Positions 56,070 through 64,000 of a DNA stretch of 64,000 nt are shown piece after piece. A program made the position numbers and the translations under genes. How positions within the stretch are numbered: position 1 is the stretch's first letter; each line of letters opens with the position of its first letter. Source of the DNA: Minisyncoccota bacterium (GTDB lineage: Bacteria > Patescibacteriota > Minisyncoccia > Phycocordibacterales > SW-6-46-9); assembly GCA_040905385.1 (NCBI GenBank), contig JBBDRP010000002.1:595403-659402 (forward strand), given 5' to 3'. The notes beneath the pieces were generated by a model. That model worked only from the letters and a program-made list of their open reading frames with translations, was not told where the DNA came from and ran no database searches.

Positions 56070-56360
56070 CTCGTAGTGGACAGAGCGGCCAGAGGTGCCA
56101 ATCTGCTCGATTAGGTCCTCGGCTTCGAGCGCGTCCAAATATCGGGTCGCCGTCGCGTGTGATAAATCCAAAAGTGCCTCGACATCATCATTAGTGATAG
56201 TGTCATGATCATCCAGGTACGCGACCAGCCGCTCGATATTATCTTTCTTCTCTGTCTGGCTGCGCTGGATCAATGACGCATCTTCGCTGGCACCGTTAAC
56301 CTGCAAATATATGAGCGCACCACCAACCCCGACAATTATTCCCATGAGAAAGTAAAGCAT
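56061..56360 (-). CDS. TM-anchored winged-helix protein
   Basis: 'ITNDDVEALLDLSHATATRYLDALE...IEQIGTSGRSVHY'. Confidence 0.8.
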   Translation of the reverse strand: MLYFLMGIIVGVGGALIYLQVNGASEDASLIQRSQTEKKDNIERLVAYLDDHDTITNDDVEALLDLSHATATRYLDALEAEDLIEQIGTSGRSVHYEVK

Positions 56361-56375
56361 AATAATTTTATTATA

Positions 56376-56867
56376 TCAGTTTAAAATATTCCGAAATGTT
56401 TCTAACATTTTAGCGGAGAAGTCAGTTCTATAAAATATGCTTCTTTCACCGTATCTCCACCCTACCTTGTTGTCATTTCTCTCTAGTATTGGCAAAGCAA
56501 AGAAGCCGTATTTATAGTTATCATTCATCTTTTCATGTTTAGCAAGAGGTATCCTAACTTCTCTTATTTCTTGATAAAGAGAGTTGTATTCATCTTTATT
56601 GCCGAATGTCTTTAGTATTCGTAAGATCTCATTAGCATCTACTATCCATAGATAAGAATGATATACCAAATTATTTAACTTATATGGATCCGACTGAAAA
56701 ACATTTAGAGATGCATCTTGCTCACGGTGAATTAAGTCAGCATCAAATCGTCCTAAATTCTGAATTCGTGCCATTATATGAGGATCTGGAGAAGATGACT
56801 GATTAAAATCAGCGAACTCATGAGACAATTCTATCCAATATTTTTCTATTGTTTTTGGTTTATTCAT
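56376..56867 (-). CDS. Hypothetical protein (AT-rich, possibly HEPN-like)
   Basis: Helical; 'RIPLAKH' resembles an R-x4-6-H motif; weak. Confidence 0.55.
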   Translation of the reverse strand: MNKPKTIEKYWIELSHEFADFNQSSSPDPHIMARIQNLGRFDADLIHREQDASLNVFQSDPYKLNNLVYHSYLWIVDANEILRILKTFGNKDEYNSLYQEIREVRIPLAKHEKMNDNYKYGFFALPILERNDNKVGWRYGERSIFYRTDFSAKMLETFRNILN

Positions 56868-56965
56868 TAAATTCTGTATGTGTCCAGCTTTTTATTTTAC
56901 TAACTTCATCGTAACCATCTCCCTCTAGCCAGTTTATCACCACAAACTCATGTTACTATTTACAT

Positions 56966-57172
56966 ATGGAAACTTCTCAAACCTTAAGCAAGTGGCTGAT
57001 TCGCGTCTACGTGCTGGCTATTCTGGTTATAGTAGTGGGCAATATTCTTGAGGGCGCCGTCTTTACGATCATCATTACGCTACTGGGTATACTGATAATC
57101 ACCCAGACATTCCTGCTGCCGAAGCGTAAAACTGAGCCGAGCAAAGAGAGCGAAGAAACAAAACACCACTAA
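56966..57172 (+). CDS. Small two-TM protein
   Basis: TGTTACTAT box 6 nt before ATG; two hydrophobic helices. Confidence 0.65.
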   Translation: METSQTLSKWLIRVYVLAILVIVVGNILEGAVFTIIITLLGILIITQTFLLPKRKTEPSKESEETKHH

Positions 57173-57346
57173 GCAACTAAACGAGTGGTGAAATGAAGAT
57201 CTCAACTGAGCGACACTCGATGTTGCACAGCTTCGAGAGATATCCCTAGGCTTTGGCCCAGGGATCTTTTAGCACCTCCTCGTCTGTTATATAACAAAAC
57301 TTTTTCTTAAGTGATCTCCTTTAAATATTAGAAACTTTGAGACTTA

Positions 57347-57811
57347 CTAAGCATTTACCCTGATTTTTTCTGCTAATGTAGCTAATTTATCATCAGAAAC
57401 TTTATCTGAGTCATGAGAAGATACGTATCCTGGATACCTTTCGAAGTACGTATTTATATCAGACTTTATTTCTCGCCATTCTTCCATATCAGCTGTTCCG
57501 TGCATTGGTACTAACTTGGCATGAAGATAATCAACGCCGAAACCCTCAAATATCATCCCAACTCTACCGACATCATCTAAACCATCTTCCAGTACTCGAG
57601 CCACCTTTTTAGCCGCCTTAATGAGAGAGAATAAAGGTTCATCATCAACCTCAGCAAAATAACTAGGTTGATACTGCTTCGGTATTAATACCGTAAACCC
57701 TTCCGTGTTTGGAAAAGGAGTAAGGAATGCTAGGTGATCCTCGTCCTCCCAAACCTTATAACAAGGTGCCTCTCCTTTTACTATTTTATGAAAAACTGTT
57801 TCTTGACTCAT
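57347..57811 (-). CDS. HIT family hydrolase
   Basis: 'VFHKIVKGEAPCYKVWED..HLAFL.P.P...G.T.LIPK', variant motif 'YLHAKLVP'; ATG 57811. Confidence 0.85.
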   Translation of the reverse strand: MSQETVFHKIVKGEAPCYKVWEDEDHLAFLTPFPNTEGFTVLIPKQYQPSYFAEVDDEPLFSLIKAAKKVARVLEDGLDDVGRVGMIFEGFGVDYLHAKLVPMHGTADMEEWREIKSDINTYFERYPGYVSSHDSDKVSDDKLATLAEKIRVNA

Positions 57812-57881
57812 AATTATTTTTTCCATTTTACCATCCACAGCCACTACAGAGAAAGATTGGCTTAGAAGCCTGTCATATGCA

Positions 57882-58121
57882 TTATAGAAGACCTTGAAAC
57901 TGACCGAGATAGCTATCAAGAAACATCGGTATCAGGATGACGGCCGCGATCAGCGGTATGACAACCATGGCGATGCTAACAATCATTGAAATCAGGAAGT
58001 ACTTGCGGGTCTTTTCGACTGATTGGTAAATATCATCAAGCCGCCGTGCATTCGCGGCAATCTGCTCGCGAACACTCCCGGGGCTTGGTGGGGTTTCGTT
58101 TGATTGATGCGCTTCATTCAT
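57882..58121 (-). CDS. Small membrane protein
   Basis: 'LDDIYQSVEKTRKYF' followed by a TM helix. Confidence 0.75.
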   Translation of the reverse strand: MNEAHQSNETPPSPGSVREQIAANARRLDDIYQSVEKTRKYFLISMIVSIAMVVIPLIAAVILIPMFLDSYLGQFQGLL

Positions 58122-58187
58122 ATACCTATTTTACCATCTACATCAGCCTCCAATCTATTCAGTGATTTCTGGGTATTAGATATAAAT

Positions 58188-58541
58188 CTATTGGTTATTA
58201 AATTCTCTGAATTTAGCAGCATCAGCATCCCGACCCAAAAGCAACAGCGCCTGATTAAACAGCTTCTGGTCTGACAACACCGCTGGAGTCATACCGTTAA
58301 TCTTATCATCTACAGAATTCTTTTCCCTAAGATAGGAGTAGGTTTTTACGAGCCTGTCTGTGGCTTCGATGTCAGCATTCTCTGCCATTGAATTAGCCTG
58401 AGAAAGACTAGCTCGAGAAAACTCTAGCTCTGGGTTTACATCAGCCAGCTCTTCTATGAGCTCAACTGCTTCTGGAGCGAGCTCGCCATTCGACTTCTGA
58501 GGAGACTCTTCTCCGTTTGTAGGTTCTTCAAAATTTATCAT
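58188..58541 (-). CDS. Hypothetical protein
   Basis: 117 aa acidic helical ORF. Confidence 0.6.
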   Translation of the reverse strand: MINFEEPTNGEESPQKSNGELAPEAVELIEELADVNPELEFSRASLSQANSMAENADIEATDRLVKTYSYLREKNSVDDKINGMTPAVLSDQKLFNQALLLLGRDADAAKFREFNNQ

Positions 58542-58610
58542 ATTGCTTAATTCTTATTAATTAACCTCTCTATTTCCTCTATAATATCTTTATTCCCTAT
58601 ACATTATATC

Positions 58611-58684
58611 TTACCATCCACACAGCACGTAAAGAAGTGCGACTGTGGGCGCAAGGCACACAGCCGCCGGGAATGTTGGCCAAA
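58611..58684. repeat. Inter-cassette palindromic repeat, copy A
   Basis: TTACCATCCACA...AAAGAAG-GCGACTGTG-GGCGCAAGGCA-CACAGCCGC...TTGGCC. Confidence 0.8.
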
Positions 58685-58774
58685 GAACATCCACCACCCG
58701 CACCCCTGTTTTGCAAGAAGCACGTCCTTGCAAATACATCACCCAAAAAGAAGCTGGACGGTGCGCATAGACCG

Positions 58775-59290
58775 CTACACTTCCACTATTTCCAGATCAC
58801 TCGTATCAATACTACCTTTGTAAAGAATGTGCGGTACGCGGACAAACAATAACGGTCGCTCTCCTTTTTGTTTCATTTCTTGATAATACTCCTTGGTTGC
58901 TTCGGGGAGCTGCGCATACTGCTCTATACTGTCTGGATTATACTGCGTGAAATTCTTTTTGTTCATCTTCAGCGCAGTGTCTTTGTATTGATAGAGATAT
59001 ACAACCGTCTTCTCCATATCAAGAGAATGTGGATTGATTACAAACGCTTTGAAATTTCTCTCTGTACTTAAGGCTTCCTTGATGTCTCTTGGATGCACAG
59101 CAGTAAGGTGAAGCACGTCATTCCAAAGGCAGTTTAAGAAAGGAATACGCTGTCGCATCACCGCTTCTCTCCCTTCGTATTTAGATTTTTCTACTTCGTA
59201 TCTATCTGGATACACATTCTTAAGCTCATTCAGAGGATAGAGGGCCTCTCCCTGCATATTTCTTGGAACAAAATGATAGAGATTAGACAT
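58775..59290 (-). CDS. Conserved hypothetical protein
   Basis: 'LYHFVP.NM.G..LYPLNELK', 'KYEGRE', 'CLWNDVLHL', 'VPHILYKG.ID'. Confidence 0.75.
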   Translation of the reverse strand: MSNLYHFVPRNMQGEALYPLNELKNVYPDRYEVEKSKYEGREAVMRQRIPFLNCLWNDVLHLTAVHPRDIKEALSTERNFKAFVINPHSLDMEKTVVYLYQYKDTALKMNKKNFTQYNPDSIEQYAQLPEATKEYYQEMKQKGERPLLFVRVPHILYKGSIDTSDLEIVEV

Positions 59291-59299
59291 GCCCTTATA

Positions 59300-59347
59300 T
59301 TACCACCCATAAAGAAGGCGGCTGTGTGCACAAAGCACACAGCCGCC
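59300..59347. repeat. Inter-cassette palindromic repeat, copy B
   Basis: TTACCACCCAT-AAAGAA-GGCGGCTGTGTGC-ACAAA-GCACACAGCCGCC. Confidence 0.85.
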
Positions 59348-59363
59348 AGGTATTTTTACCGAC

Positions 59364-59452
59364 TTTACTTTACAAAGTTACTGGATTATAATAGCTATGT
59401 ATCAAGACAAAAAGGGATCCGAACGGCCCCGTGCCTAAGGAGCCCTTTTTTA
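59364..59452 (+). ncRNA. Candidate promoter plus ~55 nt RNA convergent on the NYN gene
   Basis: TTTACT-17 nt-TATAAT (59364-59392) then AAGGGATCC...GGAGCCCTT hairpin and U-run. Confidence 0.4.
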
Positions 59453-59962
59453 TTGCCTATACTCTATCTTTTTTCTAACATCCTTCTTATCAAGATGATC
59501 AAAGTACTCACTACCAAGACTTTTATACAAAGACGAAGAAAATTCAAGATTGGGAAAAAGAATCTTAGCTAATTCGTCACGTTTAATCAGAAAATCAACA
59601 AGCTTCTTATAATCTCCGTCACCAGATACAAGGATAATATTATCAAACTCAACGCCTTGAATGATTTTCTTCATGACTGAGAAGATGAGGTCTGAATCAA
59701 CATTTCCCTTCTTCTTGCCTTTGAGTGCAGACGAATGCTCACGAAACGACAAAATAAAGCCCGCCCGCTGCAGATTGTCGTACAAATCCTGCTCGCTTTC
59801 AGAAACATAGCCCATAAAATAGTAAGCCTCCTGGACATCATATTTATCCTTTAGATACGTGCGAAACTTACCGTAGTCAATCTTCCAGCCTTTCTCCTTT
59901 ACACCAAGATACAAGTTCTGACCGTCTATAAAAGCTAAATTGTTAGTATTTTTGTCGCTCAT
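59450..59962 (-). CDS. NYN/LabA-DUF88 (PIN-like) domain protein
   Basis: 'FIDGQNL', 'KGNVDSDL', 'LVSGDGDY'. Confidence 0.9.
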   Translation of the reverse strand: MSDKNTNNLAFIDGQNLYLGVKEKGWKIDYGKFRTYLKDKYDVQEAYYFMGYVSESEQDLYDNLQRAGFILSFREHSSALKGKKKGNVDSDLIFSVMKKIIQGVEFDNIILVSGDGDYKKLVDFLIKRDELAKILFPNLEFSSSLYKSLGSEYFDHLDKKDVRKKIEYRQ

Positions 59963-59974
59963 GTTGGTTAAATA

Positions 59975-60045
59975 TTACCATCCACACCTTCCGAAAAGAA
60001 GGCGGCTGTGGGCGCAAGGCACACAGCCGCCAAGAATTGGCCTAA
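59975..60045. repeat. Inter-cassette palindromic repeat, copy C
   Basis: TTACCATCCACA...AAAGAA-GGCGGCTGTG-GGCGCAAGGCA-CACAGCCGCC...TTGGCC. Confidence 0.85.
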
Positions 60046-60055
60046 AGCGACAGCA

Positions 60056-60823
60056 TCAGACACCTTCCGCCTTCATAAGTGAAAACGCGCCGTACAGACC
60101 CGACTGATCACCCAGCTTCGTCAACGCGGCTTTTATATCAAGTTTGCTTAAAGTCTCTTCGAAAGCAAGGCGAGGACACAAAGAAATGGCGACACCACCA
60201 CCAACTACCATAGTAGTAAAACTATAGTGTCGTGCGAGTCCTGGGACACACTGCGATACATCCTCTAAAACGACATCCCATTCGGCATTGGTGAGATCTT
60301 CGGCTAATTTACCGAATCGTGATTCAAGACTTTTCCCACCAATTTTTTCTTCGAGGTTATGCAAAGGTTGTTTATCCTCTGGTTGACTCACCGAAGCAAC
60401 CCCGCTCTGGCAAGTTACTTGTGCAAAACCAACACCAGTACCCCACGTAAGATAGACAAAATCCATCATCGCGTGCTCACCAAAATAGGCTTCTCCGAAT
60501 GCACCCATTTCTGCATCATTTCTTATATATACCGGGCAGTCGAACGTTTCGTCAAGCGTCGTTTGCAGCGGTTTATTCACCCAATCAGGCAGGTTTGTGG
60601 AACGAATGAGTTCACCGTCATCATTCACGCTACCAGGTACACCGATAGCAATTGCGTCAACCGACATACTGAGAGATTTAATTGTAGATACCATTTCCTC
60701 GATCCCAGTCGCAAAATCAAGTGGAGTTGGAAAGGTAACAGCGTCCTTAAAAGTGATCTTTTCAAGTGACGAAGCGGTAGCAATACGAGTATGTGTGCCA
60801 CCCATATCAATTCCAATAAACAT
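60056..60823 (-). CDS. ROK family sugar kinase-like protein
   Basis: 'IGIDMGGT', 'IGVPG', 'NDAE..A.GE', 'TWGTGVG', 'GGGV', 'GLYGA'. Confidence 0.85.
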   Translation of the reverse strand: MFIGIDMGGTHTRIATASSLEKITFKDAVTFPTPLDFATGIEEMVSTIKSLSMSVDAIAIGVPGSVNDDGELIRSTNLPDWVNKPLQTTLDETFDCPVYIRNDAEMGAFGEAYFGEHAMMDFVYLTWGTGVGFAQVTCQSGVASVSQPEDKQPLHNLEEKIGGKSLESRFGKLAEDLTNAEWDVVLEDVSQCVPGLARHYSFTTMVVGGGVAISLCPRLAFEETLSKLDIKAALTKLGDQSGLYGAFSLMKAEGV

Positions 60824-61003
60824 AAAATCAATGTATCACGGTGTAGTATGTTCTTCAAATAAATACGGAGTAGATGAAGCATCCTTGCAGGCGGTATTTG
60901 TCCTTAAAACCACATTTGCTAATTACGTTATAATAAAAGTCCAACGAGCCCGGTCGAAAACTGGCCGGGAGATCATTATTACTATAACTAACCAATACAT
61001 ACC

Positions 61004-61372
61004 ATGAATAAAAATGACAAAATTTTAATTGTCTTAATGGCTGATACCTCTACACATGAAAATCAGGGCCGAGCGTTGCACGCGCTCCTGTTTGCAAAGC
61101 AGGCACATGAAGCCGGAAGTGATGTAAAGCTTATTTTTGATGGCGGTGGTGTCGAATGGGCTAAGCAGCTTCCTGAGCATGAAAAATTGTCTGATCTATA
61201 CCAAGAACTAAAAGAGGAAGACATCATCGGTGGTGCGTGCGAGTTCTGTTCCGGAGCCTTCGGGGTGAAGGATGAGCTGGAGCTAGCTGACGCCAACCTT
61301 CTCGATGAGGCAGATGGTCATCCGAATATCGGCAAACGTGTGGCCAACGGCTGGACCCCGATAATTCTGTAG
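61004..61372 (+). CDS. DsrE/DsrF-like protein
   Basis: 'RALHAL', 'VKLIFDGGGV', 'GACEFCSGAFGV', 'GHP'. Confidence 0.78.
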   Translation: MNKNDKILIVLMADTSTHENQGRALHALLFAKQAHEAGSDVKLIFDGGGVEWAKQLPEHEKLSDLYQELKEEDIIGGACEFCSGAFGVKDELELADANLLDEADGHPNIGKRVANGWTPIIL

Positions 61373-61419
61373 CAGCCGTCCATTTTTAAAAATTTCCGTC
61401 CGGCTTATTACCCCTCTCC

Positions 61420-61452
61420 GTCTTGCAAGGATAATATCCTTGCAAGACTTTT
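61420..61452. terminator. Hairpin terminator between convergent genes
   Basis: GTCTTGCAAGGATA-A-TATCCTTGCAAGAC followed by TTTT. Confidence 0.7.
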
Positions 61453-61474
61453 TAAACATTAAAATAGGCAGGCC

Positions 61475-62020
61475 TTACAGCGCCACCAGAGCGTTCGCGT
61501 AAATCTCCAGATCAGCCTGGGTGTACAGGACGAATCGCACCGTCTCGATATGCTGTAGCTCGGGAAGCGTCGCTGCCACCTGTTGGAGGCTGACAGTGGC
61601 GGCTTCTTCTGTCGGGTAGCCGAAGGCGCCGGTCGAGATGGCCGGAAAGGCCAGGCTGGTGATCTCATGCTCGTCGGCCAGACGAAGCGCATTATCAAAG
61701 CAGTCGGCCAGAAGCTGATCAGCCGGCTCGTTGATTCCGTAGCGCGGGCCCAGACAGTGTAGAACATACTCATTCGGAAGATTGAAGGCCGGCGTGATAA
61801 CACACTCGCCCACCGCGATGGGCGCAAACGTGCGGCCGGCTTTCGCCAGCTTGGGCCCGGCGGCCCGGTGTAGTGCGCCGGCCACCCCACCACCCGGCGC
61901 CAGGTGCTTGTTGGCGGCGTTAACCACCGCCTGCATATCATCTTGGGAGGCAATATCACCCTGTACACACTCGACGGTGACACCGGCAATCTGCTTTTGT
62001 ATCTTATCAGGATTGATCAT
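61475..62020 (-). CDS. Macro domain protein (O-acetyl-ADP-ribose deacetylase-like)
   Basis: 'GDI', 'VVNAAN..L.PGGGVAGALHRAAGP', 'AFPAISTGAFGYP'. Confidence 0.93.
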   Translation of the reverse strand: MINPDKIQKQIAGVTVECVQGDIASQDDMQAVVNAANKHLAPGGGVAGALHRAAGPKLAKAGRTFAPIAVGECVITPAFNLPNEYVLHCLGPRYGINEPADQLLADCFDNALRLADEHEITSLAFPAISTGAFGYPTEEAATVSLQQVAATLPELQHIETVRFVLYTQADLEIYANALVAL

Positions 62021-62080
62021 GTATGTAATTGCTTTATCTACCCCCTGCGTCGGTGATAAGGTTTGATGATAATTTATTCA

Positions 62081-62311
62081 TTAACAGGAACATGTATCGT
62101 CATCATCAGTTGTGGCAGTTGGACATTTTTGATCAGCGTATTCGCAGACAACACAGCAATTACTGCTTTCCTTTGGTACTTCTATCGTCTCATCGCATTG
62201 CTCGCACTGATGAAAAGCAAGGCAGCGATCGGTTGGAACGTCCACTGACTGCTCGGCTGAGCAGTGTGGACAGGTTAATGTTGCTATTTTTTTCGTTTTT
62301 TTGTCTGTCAT
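62081..62311 (-). CDS. Small Cys-rich protein (GDCCVxC-domain-like)
   Basis: 'TCPHC...PTDRC...CEQC...CCVVCEY...CP'. Confidence 0.78.
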   Translation of the reverse strand: MTDKKTKKIATLTCPHCSAEQSVDVPTDRCLAFHQCEQCDETIEVPKESSNCCVVCEYADQKCPTATTDDDDTCSC

Positions 62312-62330
62312 ATGGTTTTTTATATTACTC

Positions 62331-63020
62331 CTATGCTACGTCGGTGATAAGGCTTACGGATTGCATCTCGCACACTACACAAGCGGGCATTGATTCGGAT
62401 GGGCAGGGTTCTCTGCTCAGCTTCTCGATAATCGGCTTCTTCTCGCTACCGACTGCATATACGAGCGCCTCCGAAACCGCGGTGCGTAAAAACGTCTGCG
62501 TAACCGTGATTCGTTTTGTATGTGGATTAACTGATGGCGACACTTCGTAAGCAGCCACCCACGACCGGCCGGAAAACTCGGCCTTGTAATCACCAGGAAG
62601 GATGCCGGCGGTGTGACCATCGGCACCGATCCCCATCGTAGCTATCACCACCCCATCAGGATGCTGGTCCTTCCACGCTCGCAAAGCAGCCTCGAAGCGA
62701 TCACCAACCGCTGCAAGCGTGTCACCTTCAGCGGTAGTGGTGTCTATCACTGATGCGCCACTCGCTTGGGCTGTATGGTAAAAGGCGGTCGCCTGAATCT
62801 GGGCAAAGTTTTGTGCAGACGGATCAGTCGAGAAACGCTCATCAAGCGTCGTGATTGTAAGCTGCGGGCCAAGCATCTCTGGGGATACATGATCAAGCAG
62901 CGAAAGGGCCGACCCACCCGAAAGCAACAGCAGCGTTGGTGTATCCTTATGTGCCAACAACATATCGCTTAGTTTTTCGCCAGCAGTTTCCGCCGGAGTT
63001 TTGCTTTTAATGATTTTCAT
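62331..63020 (-). CDS. pgl: 6-phosphogluconolactonase
   Basis: 'LLSGGS', 'DER', 'MGIGADGHTAGI', 'RIT.T', 'G.EK'; coupled to gnd. Confidence 0.8.
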   Translation of the reverse strand: MKIIKSKTPAETAGEKLSDMLLAHKDTPTLLLLSGGSALSLLDHVSPEMLGPQLTITTLDERFSTDPSAQNFAQIQATAFYHTAQASGASVIDTTTAEGDTLAAVGDRFEAALRAWKDQHPDGVVIATMGIGADGHTAGILPGDYKAEFSGRSWVAAYEVSPSVNPHTKRITVTQTFLRTAVSEALVYAVGSEKKPIIEKLSREPCPSESMPACVVCEMQSVSLITDVA

Positions 63021-63922
63021 TACTCTTCTTTTTCAATTGTTTTATGACCACCAAATTGATTTCGCATCGCTGCAATTAGCTTGCCAAAATAAGAGGGGTT
63101 ATCACGGGTGGCCTTTCGCTGCGCGAGCGCCGCCGCAAGCACCTTGGTCTCGCCAATTGTGGTGATGTGCTCCATCTCTGACTCGGTTTCACCAGTCGGG
63201 ACCTCGCCTTTTATAAGATCGATCTGGCCTTCATCATAGGCTTCACGCAGCCAGGAGACCAACTTACTGGAAATGATACTTTCATGCTCGTACGGCTTGA
63301 AGACAGCGTGCAGGTCAATATCAAACTCGTCTTCGTGCTCATGCAGCACATTCACGCCTTCTGCTATCGCACCCATCATCCCGTACTCTATGCCGTTGTG
63401 AACCATCTTTACAAAATGACCTGCACCCGCCTTTCCTACCCGCGCATAGCCGTCCGGTGCCGCCAGCGCGGCGAATACATCTTCGTATTTTTCGAAGGTA
63501 TCTGCATCGCCACCAATCATAATTGACGCCCCGTGGCGAGCTCCGGTTATACCACCTGATGTTCCCACATCCAGGAATCCGAGCTCTTTTTCTGCTAGTT
63601 TCTGGTGGCGCTCGAGCGAGTCCTTATAAAAACTATTCCCGCCATCAATAACCGTATCACCCGGTGACAGGTGCGGCACGAGCTCATCAAGCGCACTGTC
63701 AACAAACTGGCTTGGCACCATCAGCCACAGGAGGCGCTCTGATTCCAGCTCGTCGGCCATTTCCTCGTATGATTCCACCACCTCTACCCCGACCTCGCGG
63801 GCGGCTTTCTGGGCCTCCTTGTCCGGGTCAATACCAATCACTCGATACCCTTGCTCTACTAAATGCTCTGTCATGTTGAGCCCCATCCGTCCTAGCCCAG
63901 CAAATGCTAATTCCTTTTTCAT
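63020..63922 (-). CDS. gnd: 6-phosphogluconate dehydrogenase (short YqeC type)
   Basis: 'GLGRMG', 'IDGGNS', 'DVGTSGG..GA', 'GAGHFVKMVHNGIEYG', 'AMRNQFGGH'; true start ATG 63922. Confidence 0.93.
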   Translation of the reverse strand: MKKELAFAGLGRMGLNMTEHLVEQGYRVIGIDPDKEAQKAAREVGVEVVESYEEMADELESERLLWLMVPSQFVDSALDELVPHLSPGDTVIDGGNSFYKDSLERHQKLAEKELGFLDVGTSGGITGARHGASIMIGGDADTFEKYEDVFAALAAPDGYARVGKAGAGHFVKMVHNGIEYGMMGAIAEGVNVLHEHEDEFDIDLHAVFKPYEHESIISSKLVSWLREAYDEGQIDLIKGEVPTGETESEMEHITTIGETKVLAAALAQRKATRDNPSYFGKLIAAMRNQFGGHKTIEKEE

Positions 63923-64000
63923 AATTAATATATGATTACGTATTACTAATATCATCCGTTGGCCCAGCCGAGCCTTTTTCATATGGTTGCAACGGAAGTT

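Noticed and set aside
58637-58852. 71-aa ORF
   Set aside because: Translates palindromic repeat DNA and overlaps a real gene antisense
58611-60045. CRISPR array or classical attC cassettes
   Set aside because: Repeats are separated by whole genes; no cas or intI; no RYYYAAC/GTTRRRY cores
1-64000. tRNA, rRNA, prophage or IS elements
   Set aside because: No cloverleaf, rRNA-like tract, phage structural gene, integrase or transposase recognised by eye

Overview
Gene-dense bacterial chromosome segment (standard genetic code) that looks like Patescibacteria/CPR, Parcubacteria-like. This is inferred from pervasive leaderless genes with TGn-TAnnnT boxes 6-9 nt before ATG, archaeal-type PyrH, many membrane-anchored surface proteins and cohesin/dockerin genes. 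Very acidic exported proteins suggest a saline habitat. Housekeeping genes include rpmG (missed by the ORF track), rlmB, a cyclophilin, typA, uvsE, pyrH, a pseudouridine synthase, a P-type ATPase, pgl and gnd. No rRNA, tRNA, CRISPR array, integrase or transposase was seen. Main observations: (1) a six-gene surface operon (27782-34176) that reads like a donor-strand filament (tip, shaft, DUF916-like chaperone) tethered via a dockerin adaptor to cohesins; (2) diverged duplicates of gene ends at five genes (typA twice, GH15, a small membrane gene, the pseudouridine synthase, and more weakly gnd), most bracketing inserted DNA; (3) a duplicated structured small RNA with its own promoter, terminator and compensatory changes, plus two more sRNA candidates; (4) a secreted protein family carrying short Hcp-like peptides; (5) a cassette-like gene array with a shared palindromic/promoter repeat; (6) an active plus catalytically dead M14 peptidase pair. 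All family calls are by eye, not from database searches.
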